Shown here: one piece after another, positions 36,413 to 50,490 of the stretch
Layout: every line of letters starts with the position of its first letter
Numbering within the stretch: position 1 is the first letter of the stretch
Assembly: GCF_963921235.1 (NCBI RefSeq)
Contig: NC_086097.1
Span: 119,538,001 to 119,602,000 of the forward strand
Length of the DNA: 64,000 nt
Origin: Mobula hypostoma
Lineage: Eukaryota
Direction of reading: 5' to 3'
Program-made: the position numbers and the translations under genes
Notes under the pieces: generated by a model
Databases searched by the model: none
What the model saw: only the letters and a program-made list of their open reading frames with translations
What the model was told of the DNA's origin: nothing

Positions 36413-37479
36413 GTGATATTCAATTCAAAATGTCCAAGCATTGTTCATGTCCTTTTCAAGTGTTGTAAAAACCTCCTTCATCCACCTCCTATGTCTGTTT
36501 TCTATTTTTGCCTAAAACAAGTCAATCCTTTGCTTCAACTTATGTCTCTGGTAGCACATTTGACATTTTTCACCATTCTCTGATTCAAGAAATTTCTTCT
36601 GAATTTTATACAGTATATGAATTCTCTATGAGTATCATCATTTTTTTTGTCAAATTTCATCTTTGTTTCCCCAAGAGAAAACTGGAACAGTTTATCCATT
36701 CCCTTCTGATAGGTATAACTTTGCAATTCTGGTATTATCCTTCAACTTGTTTTTTTTTTAGCTTCTCCATTACCTCTAGATCTTTTTTATAATGTGTTGA
36801 TTTAAAATTAGTAATAAAAGGCTTCAAATATTCATCATTAATTTAATAAGACTTCTCTCATTTCAATTAAATTGTTTTGGAATGAACTTCATATTTCTGT
36901 AATGGTCTTTTTTGACAATTTGTTTATTAATACCCAGATTCCTTTGCTCCTCCACTCCACTGAGATTTTTAGTTTTCATATAATTTCTTGTTCTTATTTT
37001 CCCTTTCTGAAACATCTCACACATGTTGATGTTAAAGTTAACTTGCCAATAATGTACACATTCTGCAAGACTATCTTTCTGTATGACAAACAAAATGAAG
37101 ATGCATTTTACCCTCTATCGAATTTTCCCAATTCACCAAGGAAGCTGCAGCAGAATTTTGTCAAACTTTGGGAAAGCATGGCTACCTAGGTGAATTCTGC
37201 AATACCTCGAGCTTTCATGCTTTAGATTAGTTGTAAGCAACCTCTGTAGATAGATTTCAAAAGAAATAAACAATGTCAGTTGGGATATTTTGAGTGTTAC
37301 ACATCAGTTGGTGATTTTTGTGTATGCATAACAAGAGAAAGATTTCAAAAGAATCAAGTCGGGTCATTTGGAATGTTCTGAGTACCACGCATCACTAGGA
37401 GACATTGGAGGGTGCATAATTAGGCACTTAGTAAGGTCCAATAAAAATAAGTTATGTTTTTGCAGAGGGTTGTTACGGG

Positions 37480-40400
37480 AGCGCGCTGGTGTTAAGAGTG
37501 GGGAGTTCATGCTTTGGCTCATAATGGATTTGGTAAGGAGAGTTAAAGGCTATAGATTGATCACAAGCAAGAAAAAATCTGCAGATGCTGGAAATCCAAG
37601 CAACACACACAAAATGCTGCAGGAACTCAGCAGGCCAGGCAGCATCTATGGAAAAGTGTACAGTCGACGTTTCGGGCTGAGATCCTTCATCAGGACATCA
37701 AAACTCTTCCGGCTGTAGATATATTCTCTTTCTTTCTTATTGCACATTTAGAGCAGAGGAGGTGCCTGTCAGAATAGTAGAATGTGCCTCTTGCACAATG
37801 TGGGAAGGCAGGGAGACATGACAACTAAACCTGCAAAAAGTATATCCAGTTGTAGTTTCTTACAAGCCACATTAGAGAACTGGAGCTGCAGCTGGAAGAA
37901 TTCTGGATGATTTGGGAGGTTGAAGGGTTAATTAACAGGACGGAAGTAGTTACACCCAAGGTGCAGGGCATAGGTAACTGGATGACTGTCAGGAGTGGGA
38001 AAAAGGATATGCAGGCAGTGCAAAGTGCCCCTGTAACTGTTTCCTTCAATAACAGTGTACTATCACTTTAGATATGGATTTTGTGGGGGCTGTTGGGGAG
38101 AATGATCCATCAGAGGAAAGCCACAGTGGTCAGGTTTCTGGCATTGAGTCTGGTTCAGGCCGGAAGGAGGGGGGGAGAAGAGTCGAGCTTTAGTAATAAG
38201 GGATTCAAGGCTGTTTTGTGAATGAGAACAAGATTCCCAGATGGCATGTTGTCTCCTGGGTGCCATGGTCAGGGACATCCAGGTTTGTGTCTGTAAATCT
38301 AGACGGGAGAGTGGGAGAGTGAGCAGCCAGAGGTTGTTGTCCACATCTGTCCCAATGACATGTGTAGGAAGGGTATCAAGGTCCTGCAAAGTGAATTCAG
38401 GGAGTTAGGTGCTAATTTAAAGGACAGGACATTTAGGGTTGTGATCTCCGGATTGCCGCATGTGCCACATGCTGGTGAGGCTAGAAATACAGTTTACCAC
38501 ATGGCTGAAGAAATGGTGCAAGAGGGAGGGCTTTTTGGATCATTGGGGTCTCTTCCAAGGAAGGTGGGACCGCTACAGCAGGAATGGTTTGCGCCGGAGG
38601 GGGACTAATCTCCTAGTGAGAAGGTTTTCTAATGTTGCACAGTAGGGTTGAAACTAGAGTTGCAGGTTGATGGGAACTAAAGAGCCAGAACAGACAGTGG
38701 AGGTGATTGTGAAGAAAGATGTTGTTAAGCCTACATACAAAGTCAAGAATCTAAAGATTGAGCATGGTGGGATGAATGTTCTGAGCTGTGTATACTTCAA
38801 TGCAAGGAATGTTATAGGAAAGGCAGATGAGCTTACAGCGTGGATCAGCAGGGAAAATTATGACATTGTGGCCCTTCGTGACATTTGGTTGTAGGAGGAG
38901 CAGGACTGGCAGCTGAATGTTCCAGTGTTCCATTGTTTTAGACATGATAGAGTAAGAGGGATTAAAAGAGGAGGGATAGCATTATTAGTCAGTGTAAATG
39001 TCACAGCAGTGCTCAAACAAGAAGGACTAGAGAACTCATCTATTGAGGCTATATGGGTGAAGTAAGGATAAGAAAGGAATGATAGTGGGATAATGTTATA
39101 GATTATTCAATAGTTAGTGGGATTTAGAGGAGTAAATTTGTAAGGAGATTGTAGACTGTTGCAAGAAACTTAAGATGGTGATAGTAGGCGATTTTAATTT
39201 CCAGATATTGATTTCAAACTGTAAAAGTATTGGATAGGAAATTTTGTCAAATATATTCAGGAAAATTTCCTTAATCAATACATAGAGGTCCCAACTAGAG
39301 GGAGTGTGATACTGCATCTCATATTAGGGAATGAAACATGGAAATTAATAGAAGTTTCTGTAGGGGAATACTTTGTACCTCAAGTTCAAATCAGCTTTAA
39401 GTCCCTGAGTGTCATGGCCTGCAGCTTGAAGATCCAGGAGTCCTCATTACACTCTCATGCAGCCACAAGTGAATGAAATCCAACTTGTCTTCCACTGAGC
39501 TAACACTGAAGGGCAGCACTGACAGGAGCAGCTCCCAGCCCAGCATGTACTCCAGCTCTCTCCAACACTGGCTCCAATGCCTCCTTCCCTTCCCTTGGCA
39601 TCTAACTAAACATAGTGTTCGTGGAAGTTACAAGGCTTGATAAAGACAGATCAGTTGATGTTACTTACATGGACTTTAGCAAAGCCTTTGACAAAGTCTC
39701 GCATGGGGGTGTTGGTTAGGAAGGTTTAGACCCACAGCATTCAGGATGAGATAGTAAATTGGATTAGACATTGGCTTTGTGGGAAAAGCCAGACAGTGGT
39801 TGCAGATGGTTGCCTTTCTGATTGGAGGCCTGTGACAAGTGGTGTACCACAAAGAATGGTGCTGAGTCTATTGTTGTTTGTCATCTATATCAACGATCGT
39901 GATGATAATGTAGTAAACTAGATCAGCAAACTTGTTGGTGACTCTACAGTTGAGGATGTAGTGGACTATCAAAGCTTATAGCGAGATCTGGGCCAGCTAG
40001 AAAAATGGGCTGAAAAATAGTAGATGGATTTTAAAGCAGACAAGTGTGAGGAATTAGACTCTGGAAAGTCAAACCAGGGTAGGGCTTAAACAGTGAATGA
40101 TTGGACACTGAGAAGTGCAGTAGAACAGAAAGATCTGGGAATACAGGTCCATTATTCCTTGAAGGTGATGCCCAAGTGGAAAGGGTTGTAAATAGAGCTT
40201 TTGGCACATTGACCTTCATAAATCATAGTATTGAGTGCAGGAGTTGAAGTTGTATCAGACATTGGGAAGCTTAATTTGGAGTATTGTTTGCAGTTGTGGT
40301 CGCTATCTACCAGAAAAAAAAATCAATAAGATTGATAGAATACAGAAAAAAATTTCCAAGATGTTGCCAGGAACATGAGTTACAGAGAAAAGTTAAGCCT

Positions 40401-40800
40401 ATTCTTTAGAGCATAGGAGAATGAGGGGAGATTTGATAGAGGTATACAAAATTATGTGGGACTTAGATAAGGTAACTGCAAGCAGGTTTTTTCCACTGAG
40501 GTTGGGTAAGACTAGAACTATAGTTTATAGGTTTAAGTGAAAGGTGAAATGTTTAAGAGGAACATGTTGGGGAGCTTCTTAACTCAAAGAGTGGTGAGAG
40601 TGTGGAATGAACTGCCTGCATAAGTATTAGATTCGGGTTTGATTTCAATATTTAAGGGAATTTTGAATAAGTGAATGGATGGGAGAGATATGGATGGCTA
40701 TGGTCGGGATGAAGGTCAATGGGATTTGGCAAATTAAGTTTAACATGCACTAGATGGACCAAAAGGTCTTTATACTGTGCTGTGACTCTTCTATGACTCT
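37480..40800 (+). mobile_element. Old near-full-length CR1 (ORF1 Cys motif and SGNH esterase; ORF2 APE and RT with internal deletion)
   Basis: ECASCTMWE, RVVISGLP, FLDHW, CVYFNARNVIGK, MDFSKAFDKV; CTATGACT tail; many stops. Confidence 0.85.
37663..37696 (-). ncRNA. Minimal type I hammerhead ribozyme motif in a Penelope-derived repeat (repeat spans about 37564-37696)
   Basis: Minus strand GTC-CTGATGA-AGGATCTCAGCCC-GAAACGTC-GAC: intact CUGAUGA and GAAA boxes, palindromic ACGU in place of helix III, GUC/GAC helix I. Confidence 0.7.
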
Positions 40801-41129
40801 GTATCAACTAATCTACTGTGGACAATGCATGCCTACTAAACAAGACAATTACATTATTTCATTATGAACACCTGGCTGCCAAGAAGACATCTTCTCCAAA
40901 GCCCATAGTTACTTGTTTTTGTCTATTGATTATATAAAATTACACACTCATGAATTATGGGGATTTGTGGTCAATAAAAATACAGCTCTTTTCCATGCAG
41001 AAGAAGATGTGGGTATTGACCATTCAACATGCTGCTTTTGTCTTAAGGAAATCCATCACATCCACTGTTTCACACAAAACTGAAGATTAACAAATAACTT
41101 TTAGAGTTCCTTCTAATAGATCTCAATGT

Positions 41130-41715
41130 TACATATGGTGTTGTGCCAACCTGAGAACCCACTCAAAGATCAAACTAACCCTTCCTTCCTACATTGTCCT
41201 TCATTTTTTCTATCGTCCATGTTCCTATCTAATAAGAGTTTCTTAAATAAGACCATAAGACCATCGGTGTAGGAGCAGAATTAGACCTTTTGGACCATAG
41301 ATCCGCCATTTCATCAAGGCTGATCCATTTCCATCTTAGCCCCAACTCTTGCCTTCTCCAAGTATCCCTTCATGCCCTGACTATTCAAGAATCTATCAAC
41401 TTCTGCTTTAAATGTACCCAATGACTTGGCCTGCCTCCACAGCCTCTTGTGGCAATGAATTCCATGGGTTCACCATCATGGGCCCTTAATGTATCTGAAT
41501 CTACCACCACTTCTGGCAGGACATTCTACACACCCACCAGTCTGTGTAAAAAAAAAATTACTTCTGACTCCCCCCCCCCAATAATTTCTTCCAATCACTT
41601 CAAAATTTTGCCCCCGAGTGTTGGCCATTACTGGTCTGGGTGAAGTCTCCAGCTATCCGTTCAGTCTGTGCCTCTTGTCATAGATCAAGTGGATCTTCGC
41701 TCTAAAGAGAAAGCC
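41130..41715 (-). mobile_element. Nested CR1 3' fragments
   Basis: (GACCATAA)n tail at about 41251; antisense FFTQT.G.V.N coding end. Confidence 0.7.
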
Positions 41716-42412
41716 TCTTGTCTAAAAGATTAAAAGAAGATAATGTTCATAAGGGATTATTCCCAAATGCAGGTGTTACAGCATAAGCTACTATTGGGTG
41801 AAAGAAGAATTTCAAATACATCTGGCATAACATCATTAGTGGCATGATAAAAACAGCAGAATTTTGTGTCATCCAGATATAATAATAGAATTCTGCAGTG
41901 GGTGGATGAACAGAAACAACAAAGGAGCTGAAAAATATGTGAAAGAATGTCTTGTTCAGCAGCTCTGGACAGATACAGTAGGATGTAACTGATAGGCTTC
42001 ATTTTCCATGAACCCAACCACTCATTACATCAATACCTCTCTCTATATGAAAACTATAGCATGAGTACATTTTATTGCCTGCATCACCTCTAGCTTCCTT
42101 TCAGCTTCTGACACTTGCTAATGCATAATTCAAAATCATTATAACAATACTCGAGCGGCCCATATCAGGAATTCAAGAAACAGATGGTTCTCCCTTTAAC
42201 CCTGATTAGCCACATATAAAGTCATTGCAAACTAATCATGAGGTGGCAAGCATTTTTAATTGTCCCAAGAGACATGGTAAGATTTTATATAAATGCAAAA
42301 GGTCTTTCATTTCAAGACTGAATTAATGTTTCCAGAGAGTTTTAAGCTCTAATCATTGGTTTGAAACAGGCAAGATGTGCATATATTACATGCACAGCAA
42401 AGGAGAAGAAAT

Positions 42413-43820
42413 CAGGTTCAAGTTTAAATTCAAGTTTATTGTCAATTAACCATATACATGTATACTCCTAAACAAAGCACTGTACCTCTGGACCAATGTG
42501 CACAACACAGTGCATGTAACTCATACACAACACATAATGTAATCCTAGCACAAATAAACCAATTAATAATTGAGTAGATTCCAGAAGATTGACATTTAAC
42601 ATAGGGGACATTTATGATACAAATTTAAAAAATAAGCTGTATAATGCTACTACTGCTTTATATATGATGAGACCTGGCAGAGAGTTCAATAGTCTCACGG
42701 CCTGTAGGAAGAAGCTGTTTCCTATTCTAACAGTCCTTGGCCTAATGCTTTGGTACCTCTTGTCTGATGATAGGGATTTAAAAATATAGTGGGATAGATG
42801 GGAGAGAATCTTGACAATGTTAAGGGCCTTGTTTCAATAGGTACATTTAATGTCAGAGAAATGTATAAAATATACATCCTGAAATTATTCTTCTTTGCAA
42901 ACATCCACACAAACAGAGGAGAGCCCCAAAGAATGAATGACAGTTAAATGTTAGAGCCTAAAAGATGCCCCCCCACAGCTCTCCCCTCCCATGCACAAGC
43001 AGCAGCAAATCAACGACCACCTCCCCTCCACCAGCAAAAAAAAACATCGGCGCCCCCCACCGAGCTCTCAAGCGTGTAGCAAAGCATCAATAAAGACACA
43101 GACTTTTAGGACCCCAAAGACTACTCGTTCACCCGGTATTCGACATACCATAGGCTCGCACTCTCCTTAATAAGGGAAAAAGAGATGACCCCATTTCACA
43201 GTGGGAGGGGAGGCATAGCAAAGCAACTCGCTGATCTATGGTGTTAAAAATGGGTTGTGTCGCTTTTTCCAGCTCTGTGTCCAAAGAACTCGAGTCTCTG
43301 GGCATATAGCCAGCAGCCAGTCGCTGCTTACAATCTTCCATCTCCCACAATACATCAGGTGGCAGCTCTGGCCCTGAATCTGCCCGCCTCCAGAGCCACG
43401 AAAATTTGGCACCATGAAGGCGTGCGAGTCTTCCAGGCCGCAGCCTTGGCATATCGAAGAGCCCCAAGAACGGGTCCCATTTCCCCAAAGAATTGAAGTC
43501 AGCATGTAATTCCAGGTCAGTGTCTTCAAAAGAACCTTGAAAAGGAATAAAAAGAGATATCAAACATAGAAGTAGAGCTGTTTCTGAAGATCCAAGCAAA
43601 AGACTCGCTGTTAGGCACCATTATCCTCCTAAGCTCTGCAAAATCACAAAAGCATTCCCGATAATTATTCTGGATAGATCGAAGAGAAAACCCAATGATC
43701 CTCCCAGCAATCCTAGCAACCCTTTGTAAGGTCTTGAGGTCAATGCCTTGCAATTCCCATACCAGATGATGGTGTAGCTGGTCGAGGCACATTGAATGTG
43801 CTCCTGTAAAAATTTCTTAG
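42413..43820 (-). mobile_element. Rex1 3' remnant containing a non-coding Rex1-tailed element (about 42833-43650)
   Basis: (TTCAAG) tail at 42417; WYGNCKA..KTLQRVARIAGRIIG at 43660-43790; second tail at 42833. Confidence 0.65.
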
Positions 43821-44063
43821 AATGGGGTCGGTGTTGGCAGCGAGAATCCAGGAAATAGCAGCTGTAATGATGTGCATTTTGCTTGAGTTCATCGCCATGT
43901 AAAATAAAAAAGAAGATGATATCTATTTGAGAATCAGACAGAGATGGATATGGCATCAAAGGGTACAGGAAGAATACTGGGAACTCAGGTTGAGAGGGAG
44001 TAAAAAAGAGGATCAGACATGATTGAATGGAGGAGCAGATTCGATGGGCCAGATGGCCTAATT

Positions 44064-47000
44064 ACATAGAAACAGAAAATAGGTGCAGGAGTAGGCCATT
44101 CAGCCCTTCGAGCCTGCACCGCCATTTATTATGATCATGGCTGATCATCCAACTCAGAACCCTGCACCAGCCTTCCCTCCATACCCCCTGATCCCCGTAG
44201 CTACAAGGGCCATATCTAACTCCCTCTTAAATATAGCCAATGAACTGGCCTCAACTGTTTCCTGTGGCAGAGAATTCCACAGATTCACCACTCTCTGTGT
44301 GAAGAAGTTTTTCCTCATCTCGGTCCTAAAAGGCTTCCCCTTTATCCTCAAACTGTGACCCCTCGCTCTGGACTTCCCCAACATCGGGAACAATCTTCCT
44401 GCATCTAGCCTGTCCAATCCCTTTAGGATTTTATACTTTTCAATAAGATCTCCCCTCAATCTTCTAAATTCCAGAGAGTATAAGCCAAGTCAATCCAGTC
44501 TTTCATCATATGAAAGTCCTGCCATCCCAGGAATCAATCTGGTGAACCTTCATTGTACTCCCTCTATGGCAAGAATGTCTTTCCTCAGATTAGGGGACCA
44601 AAACTGCACACAATACTCCAGTTGTGGTCTCACCAAGGCCTCGTACAACTGCAGTAATACCTCCCTGCTCCTGTACTCGCATCCTCTCGCTATAAATGCC
44701 AGCATACCATTTGCCTTTTTCACCGCCTGCTGTACCTGCATGCCCACTTTCAATGACTGGTGTATAATGACACCCAGGTCTCGTTGCACCTCCCCTTTTC
44801 CTAATCGGCCACCATTCAGATAATAATCTGTTTTCCTATTTTTGCCACCAAAGTGGATAACTTCACATTTATCCACATTAAATTGCATCTGCCATGAACT
44901 TGCCCACTCACCCAACCTATCCAAGTCACCCTGCATCCTCTTAGCATCCTCCTCACAGCTAACACTGCCGCCCAGCTTCGTGTCATCCGCAAACTTGGAG
45001 ATGCTGCATTTAACTACCTCATCCAAGTCATTAATATATACTGTAAACAACTGGGGTCCCAGCACTGAGCCTTGCGGTACCCCACTAGTCACTGCCTGCC
45101 ATTCTGAAAAGGTCCCGTTTATTCCCACACTTTGCTTCCTGTCTGCCAACCAATTCTCTATCCACATCAATACCTTACCCCCAATACCGTGTGCTTTAAG
45201 TTTGCACACTAATCTCCTGTGTGGGACCTTGTCAAAAGCCTTTTGAAAATCCAAATATACCACATCCACTGGTTCTCCCTTATCCACTCTACTGGTTACA
45301 TCCTCAAAAAATTCTCTGAGATTCGTCAGACATGATTTTCCTTTCACAAATCCATGCTGACTTTGTCCGATCATTTCACCGCTTTCCAAATGTGCTGTTA
45401 TCACATCTTTGATAACTGACTCCAGCAGTTTCCCCACCACCGACGTTAGGCTAACCGGTCTATAATTCCCCGGTTTCTCTCTCCCTCCTTTTTTAAAAAG
45501 TGGGGTTACATTAGCCACCCTCCAATCCTCAGGAACTAGTCCAGAATCTAACGAGTTTTGGAAAATTATCACTAATGCATCCACTATTTTTTGGGCTACT
45601 TCCTTAAGCACTCTGGGATGCAGACCATCTGTCCCTGGGGATTTATCTGCCTTTAATCCCTTCAATTTACCCAACACCACTTCCCTACTAACATGTATTT
45701 CGCTCAGTTCCTCCATCTCACTGGACCCTCTGTCCCCTACTATTTCTGGAAGATTATTTATGTCCTCTTTAGTGAAGACAGAACCAAAGTAATTATTCAA
45801 CTGGTCTGCCATGTCCTTGCTCCCCATAATCAATTCACCTGTTTCTGTCTGTAGGGGACCTACATTTGTCTTTACCAGTCTTTTCCTTTTTACATATCTA
45901 TAAAAGCTTTTACAGTCAGTTTTTATGTTCCCTGCCAGTTTTCTCTCATAATCTTTTTTCCCCTTCCTAATTAAGCCCTTTGCCCTCCTCTGCTGAACTC
46001 TGAATTTCTCCCAGTCCTCAGGTGAGCCACTTTTTCTGGCTAATTTGTATGCTTCTTCTTTGGAATTGATACTATCCCTAATTTCTCTTGTCAGCCACGG
46101 GTGCACTACCTTCCCTGATTTATTCTTTTGCCAAACTGGGATGGACAATTGCTGTAGTTCATCCATGCAATCTTTAAATGCTTGCCATTGCATATCCACC
46201 GTCAATCCTTTAAGTGTCATTTGCCAGTCTATCTTAGCTAATTCACGTCTCATACCTTCAAAGTTACCCCTCTTTAAGTTCAGAACCTTTGTTTCTGAAT
46301 TAACTATGTCACTCTCCATCTTAATGAAGAAATCCACCATATTATGGTCACTCTTACCCAAGGGGCCTCTCACGACAAGATTGCTAATTAACCCTTCCTC
46401 ATTGCTCAAAACCCAGTCCAGAATAGCCTGCTCTCTAGTTGGTTCCTCGACATGTTGGTTCAAAAAACCATCCCGCATACATTCCAAGAAATCCTCTTCC
46501 TCAGCACCTTTACCAATTTGGTTCACTCAATCTACATGTAGATTGAAGTCACCCATTATAACTGCTGTTCCCTTATTGCACACATTTCTAATTTCCTGTT
46601 TAATACCATCTCTGACCTCACTACTACTGTTAGGTGGCCTATATGCAACTCCCACCAGCGTTTTCTGCCCCTTATTGTTACGCAGCTCTACCCATATCGA
46701 TTCCACATCCTCCCAGCTTATGTCCTTCCGTTCTATTGCATTAATCTCATCTTTAACCAGCAACGCCACCCCACCTCCTTTTCTTTCATGTCTATCCCTC
46801 CTGAATATTGAATATCCCTGAACGTTGAGCTCCCATCCGTGGTCACCCTGGAGCCATGTCTCTGTGATCTCAACTATATCATGATCATTAATAACAATCT
46901 GCACTTTCAATTCATCCACCTTGTTACAAATTCTCCTTGCATTGACACACAAAGCCTTCAGGCGCTCTTTTACAACTCTCTTAGCCCTTATACAATTATG

Positions 47001-47446
47001 TTGAAAAGTGGCCCTTTTTGATGCTTGCCCTGGATTTGCTGGCCTGCCACTTTTACTTTTCTCCTTACTATTTTTTTCTTCTACTCTCACTTTACACCCC
47101 TCTGTCTCTCTGCACTGGTTCCCATCCTCCTGTTGTGAACTAACCTCCTCTCGCCTAGCCTCTTTAATTTGATTCCCACCCCTCAACCATTCTAGTTTAA
47201 AGTCACCTCAGTAGCCCTCGCTAATCTCCCTGCCAGGATATTGGTCCCCCTAGGATTCAAGTGTAACCCGTCCTTTTTGTACAGGTCACGCCTGCGCTAA
47301 AAGAGGTCCCAATGATCCAAAAACTGGAATCCCTGCCTCCTGCTCCAATCCCTCAGCCACGCATTTATCCTCCACCTCATCGCATTCCTACTCTCACTGT
47401 CGCGTGGCACAGGCAGTAATCCCGAGATTACTACCTTTGCGGTGTT
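44064..47446 (-). mobile_element. Young CR1 (ORF1 C-terminus and complete ORF2) inserted in another CR1 3' UTR
   Basis: 5-bp TSD TAATT (44059-44063 and 47447-47451); ACATAGAAAC tail; host CR1 resumes at 47447. Confidence 0.95.
44154..47186 (-). pseudogene. CR1 ORF2 (APE endonuclease and reverse transcriptase), single frame with three TGA stops
   Basis: ITETWL, MGDFN, SDHNM, NYRPVSLTS, DFQKAFDKVPH, GVPQGSVLGP, KFADD; stops at 46527-46529, 44550-44552 and 44490-44492. Confidence 0.93.
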
Positions 47447-47699
47447 TAATTCTGCTCCTATGTCTTCTGGTCTTATGGTCAATATGGCATTTCTCCTTCT
47501 TTAAAACATTTCTGAAAGCGATAATGCCATTTGTTTATAACATACAAACTTCTTGGATCATGAATTTTAGGTAATCTTGCACAGTTTTCCTGGCCTCTAA
47601 ATGATGCTAATAATAGTACTTCTGTTTAAAAAAGTCTGCTTTATTCGTAAAACTTACAAAGTAAAAGGCTAAAACAAATGGACATAATTTTATGGTGAT

Positions 47700-47962
47700 A
47701 AGAGGAAAGTATAATGAGGGATATCAGAGGTAAGTTCTTTTTTACACAGAGAGTGCTGGGTGTGTCAAATGCCTTGCCAGGGGTGTTGGTAGAGGCAGGT
47801 ACATTAGGAGCATTTAAGCAACTGTTAGATAGGTACATGGATGATGGAAAGATGGAAGGCTATCTAGGACGGAAGTGTGAGATTAATCTTAGAGTAGTTT
47901 AAAAGTTTGGCACAACACTGTAGACAGAAGGGCCTGAGTTGAGCATTAATGACCTATGTTCT
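47700..47962 (+). mobile_element. CR1 3' fragment
   Basis: RGKFFFTQRVLGVSNALP. Confidence 0.75.
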
Positions 47963-48326
47963 AAGTTCGACGTAACATATTGTGTTGACCCCACAAAATG
48001 CACGACATTTAAATTCTAGTGTTTAAGATATATTGTTCTGACCTTTACCTCATCTGGTCCCTCAGACTTGTTGGTAAACTCACTAAGTAAAGTGATAATG
48101 TTAAAAAAATCTTTGCGAGCATGATGACTGTGGACTACTTACTGTCTCTATTAATGTTGAGGTCATTTGCCTTTGGAAACCGGCCCGGAAATGTATGTTT
48201 ATTTTAATCAATGCTGTTGCAAATGTTGGCATGGTGGAATCAGGAATCAAAGAGAAAATAAGTTGTGTTCCATGTTGCTTGGGATCATTAAGTATTTTTT
48301 TATAACCCAACAAGCCTTGTAATAGC

Positions 48327-49860
48327 AAACAAGAGAAATCTCCAGATGCTGGATGTCAAAGTAATACATACAAAATGCTGATGGACCTCAGCAGGCCAGG
48401 CAGCATCTATGGAAAAGAATGAACAGTCAATGTTTTAGGCTGAGACCCTACATCAAGATTGGGAAAAATGAGATGTGAAGTCAGAGTAAGAAGGTGATGG
48501 ATAGGGAGGAAAAAGTACAAGGTAATATGTGACAGGAGAAACCAGAAGGGGTAGCGGTAAAGTAAAGAGCTGGGAAGTCAATTGGTGAAAGAGATAAAGG
48601 GCTGGAGGAGGGGGAGACTGATAGGAGAGGACAGAAGCCCATGAGAGAAAGGGAATGGAGGGAGCACAAGAGGGAAGTAATGGACAGGTAAGGAGCTAAG
48701 ATGAGAGAGGGAAATGGGATTAGGGAGTAGTGAAGGAGAGGGAGGTGGCCGTTACCGGATGTTTGAGAAATCGATATTCATGGTATCATGTTGGAGACTA
48801 CCCAGATGGAACATAAGGTGTTGCTTCTCCAACCTGAGTGTGGCCTTTTGCGGCAGTAGTTGAGGCCATGCACTGACATGTCAGAATGGGAATGGGAAGT
48901 AGAATTGAAATGGGTGGCCACCAGGAGTTCCTGCTTTTTCTGGCAGATGGAGTGTAGGTGCCCGGCGAAGCAGTATCTCACTCTATGTCAGGTCTCACCA
49001 GACTATCTGGAGCACCAAATTCAGTAGATGACCCCAACAGACTCACAGGTGAAGAGTTGCCTCACCTGGAAGAACTGTTTGGGGCCCTGAGTAGTAGTGA
49101 GAGAGGAGGTGTAGGGGCAAGTGTGGCATTGTTCTGCTTGCAAGAATAAACACCAGGAGGGAGATCAGTGGAAAGGGATGAATGAACAAGGTAGTTGCGT
49201 AGGGAGCAATCCCTGCGGAAAGCAGAAAGTTAGGGGGGGAGGGAAAGATATGCTTGGTGGTGGGATCCTGGTGGAGATGGCAGAAGTTATGGAGAATTTT
49301 GTGCTGGATGTAGAGGGGTGTAGGGTGGTAGGTGAGAACAAGAGGAACCCTATCCCTGGTGGGGTGGTAGGTGGATATGCACGTAAGGGCAGCATTGATG
49401 GTGGAGGAAGGAAAGCTCCTTTCTTTGAAGAAGAGGACATCTCATTAGCTCTAGAATGAAAAGCCTCATCCTGAGAGCAGATGTGGTGATAAAAGAATTG
49501 AGAGAAGGGGATGGTATTTTTACAAGTGACATGGTGGGAAGAAATATAGTTCAGGTATCTGTAAGAATCAGTGGGTTTATAAAAGATATCTGTGGATAAA
49601 CTGACTCCAGAGATAGAGACGGAGAGATCAAGGAAGGGGAGGGAGGTGTCGAAAATGGACAAGGTAAATTTGAGGGCACGGTGAAAGTTGGAGGCAATGT
49701 TGATGAAGTTGATGAGCTTAGCATGGGTGCAGGAAGCAGCATGAATACAGTCATTGATGTCGGGTAGGAAAAGTGGGGAGTGACACCAGTTTAGGTTTGG
49801 AACATCAACTCTTCCCACCCTGTCACTTATAAAATTGTCATCCCCTTCTCTCAATTCCTC
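48327..49860 (-). mobile_element. Degenerate Penelope-like element (RT C-half, GIY-YIG, terminal repeat)
   Basis: SNFHRALKFT, LPFLDLSV, FYKPTDS..YLNY.SSH, ATHFNSTSHSHSDMSVHGL; degenerate hammerhead at about 48424-48460. Confidence 0.88.
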
Positions 49861-50000
49861 TATCTCTGCCGCACCTCATGATCTGCCTGGGTAGCCTCCA
49901 ACCTGATGGCATGAACATCAATCTCTCGACCTTCCAGTAATGCATCCCTCCTCACCATTCCCCTTTCCCATTTCCTCTCATTTGCTTTTGCCTACATTAA

Positions 50001-50470
50001 CACCATAAGACCAAAAGATATAGGAGTGGAATTGGGCCTGTCATCTTCTCTGCCATTCAAACATGGCTGCTTTTTTTTTGTCAATCTTATTTTCTTGTCG
50101 TCTCGCTTAACCCCCTTACCAACCAAGAACCTATCAATCACTGTGTTAAATATACTCAATGACTCGTTTTCCACAGCCCACTGTGGCAATAAATTCCACA
50201 ATTCACCACCCTATGCCTGAAGAAATTCTTCCTTATCTCTGTTTTAAAAAAGATTTTGCTTTTTGTTGAGATTATGCACTCAAAATCTAGAGTCTCCAAT
50301 TAATGAAATATTCTATCTATCTCCACTCAGTGCAGGCCTTTCAGAATCTGGTAGGTTTGAATAAGTTCCCCCTAATTCTTTCTGAACTCCATTGAGTGAA
50401 GACCTCTAGACATCAAATGCCCCTCATACATCAAACCTTACATTCCTCTGATCATTCTTGTAAACCTCAT
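50001..50470 (-). mobile_element. CR1 3' fragment
   Basis: VVNCGIY / LWNLLPQWAVE; (ACCATAAG) tail. Confidence 0.75.
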
Positions 50471-50490
50471 AAACCTTGGTGTCAAACATA

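Noticed and set aside
46045..46821. 258-aa plus-strand ORF (and similar ones at 44842, 31448, 53702)
   Set aside because: Antisense shadows of CR1 ORF2; no independent protein features.
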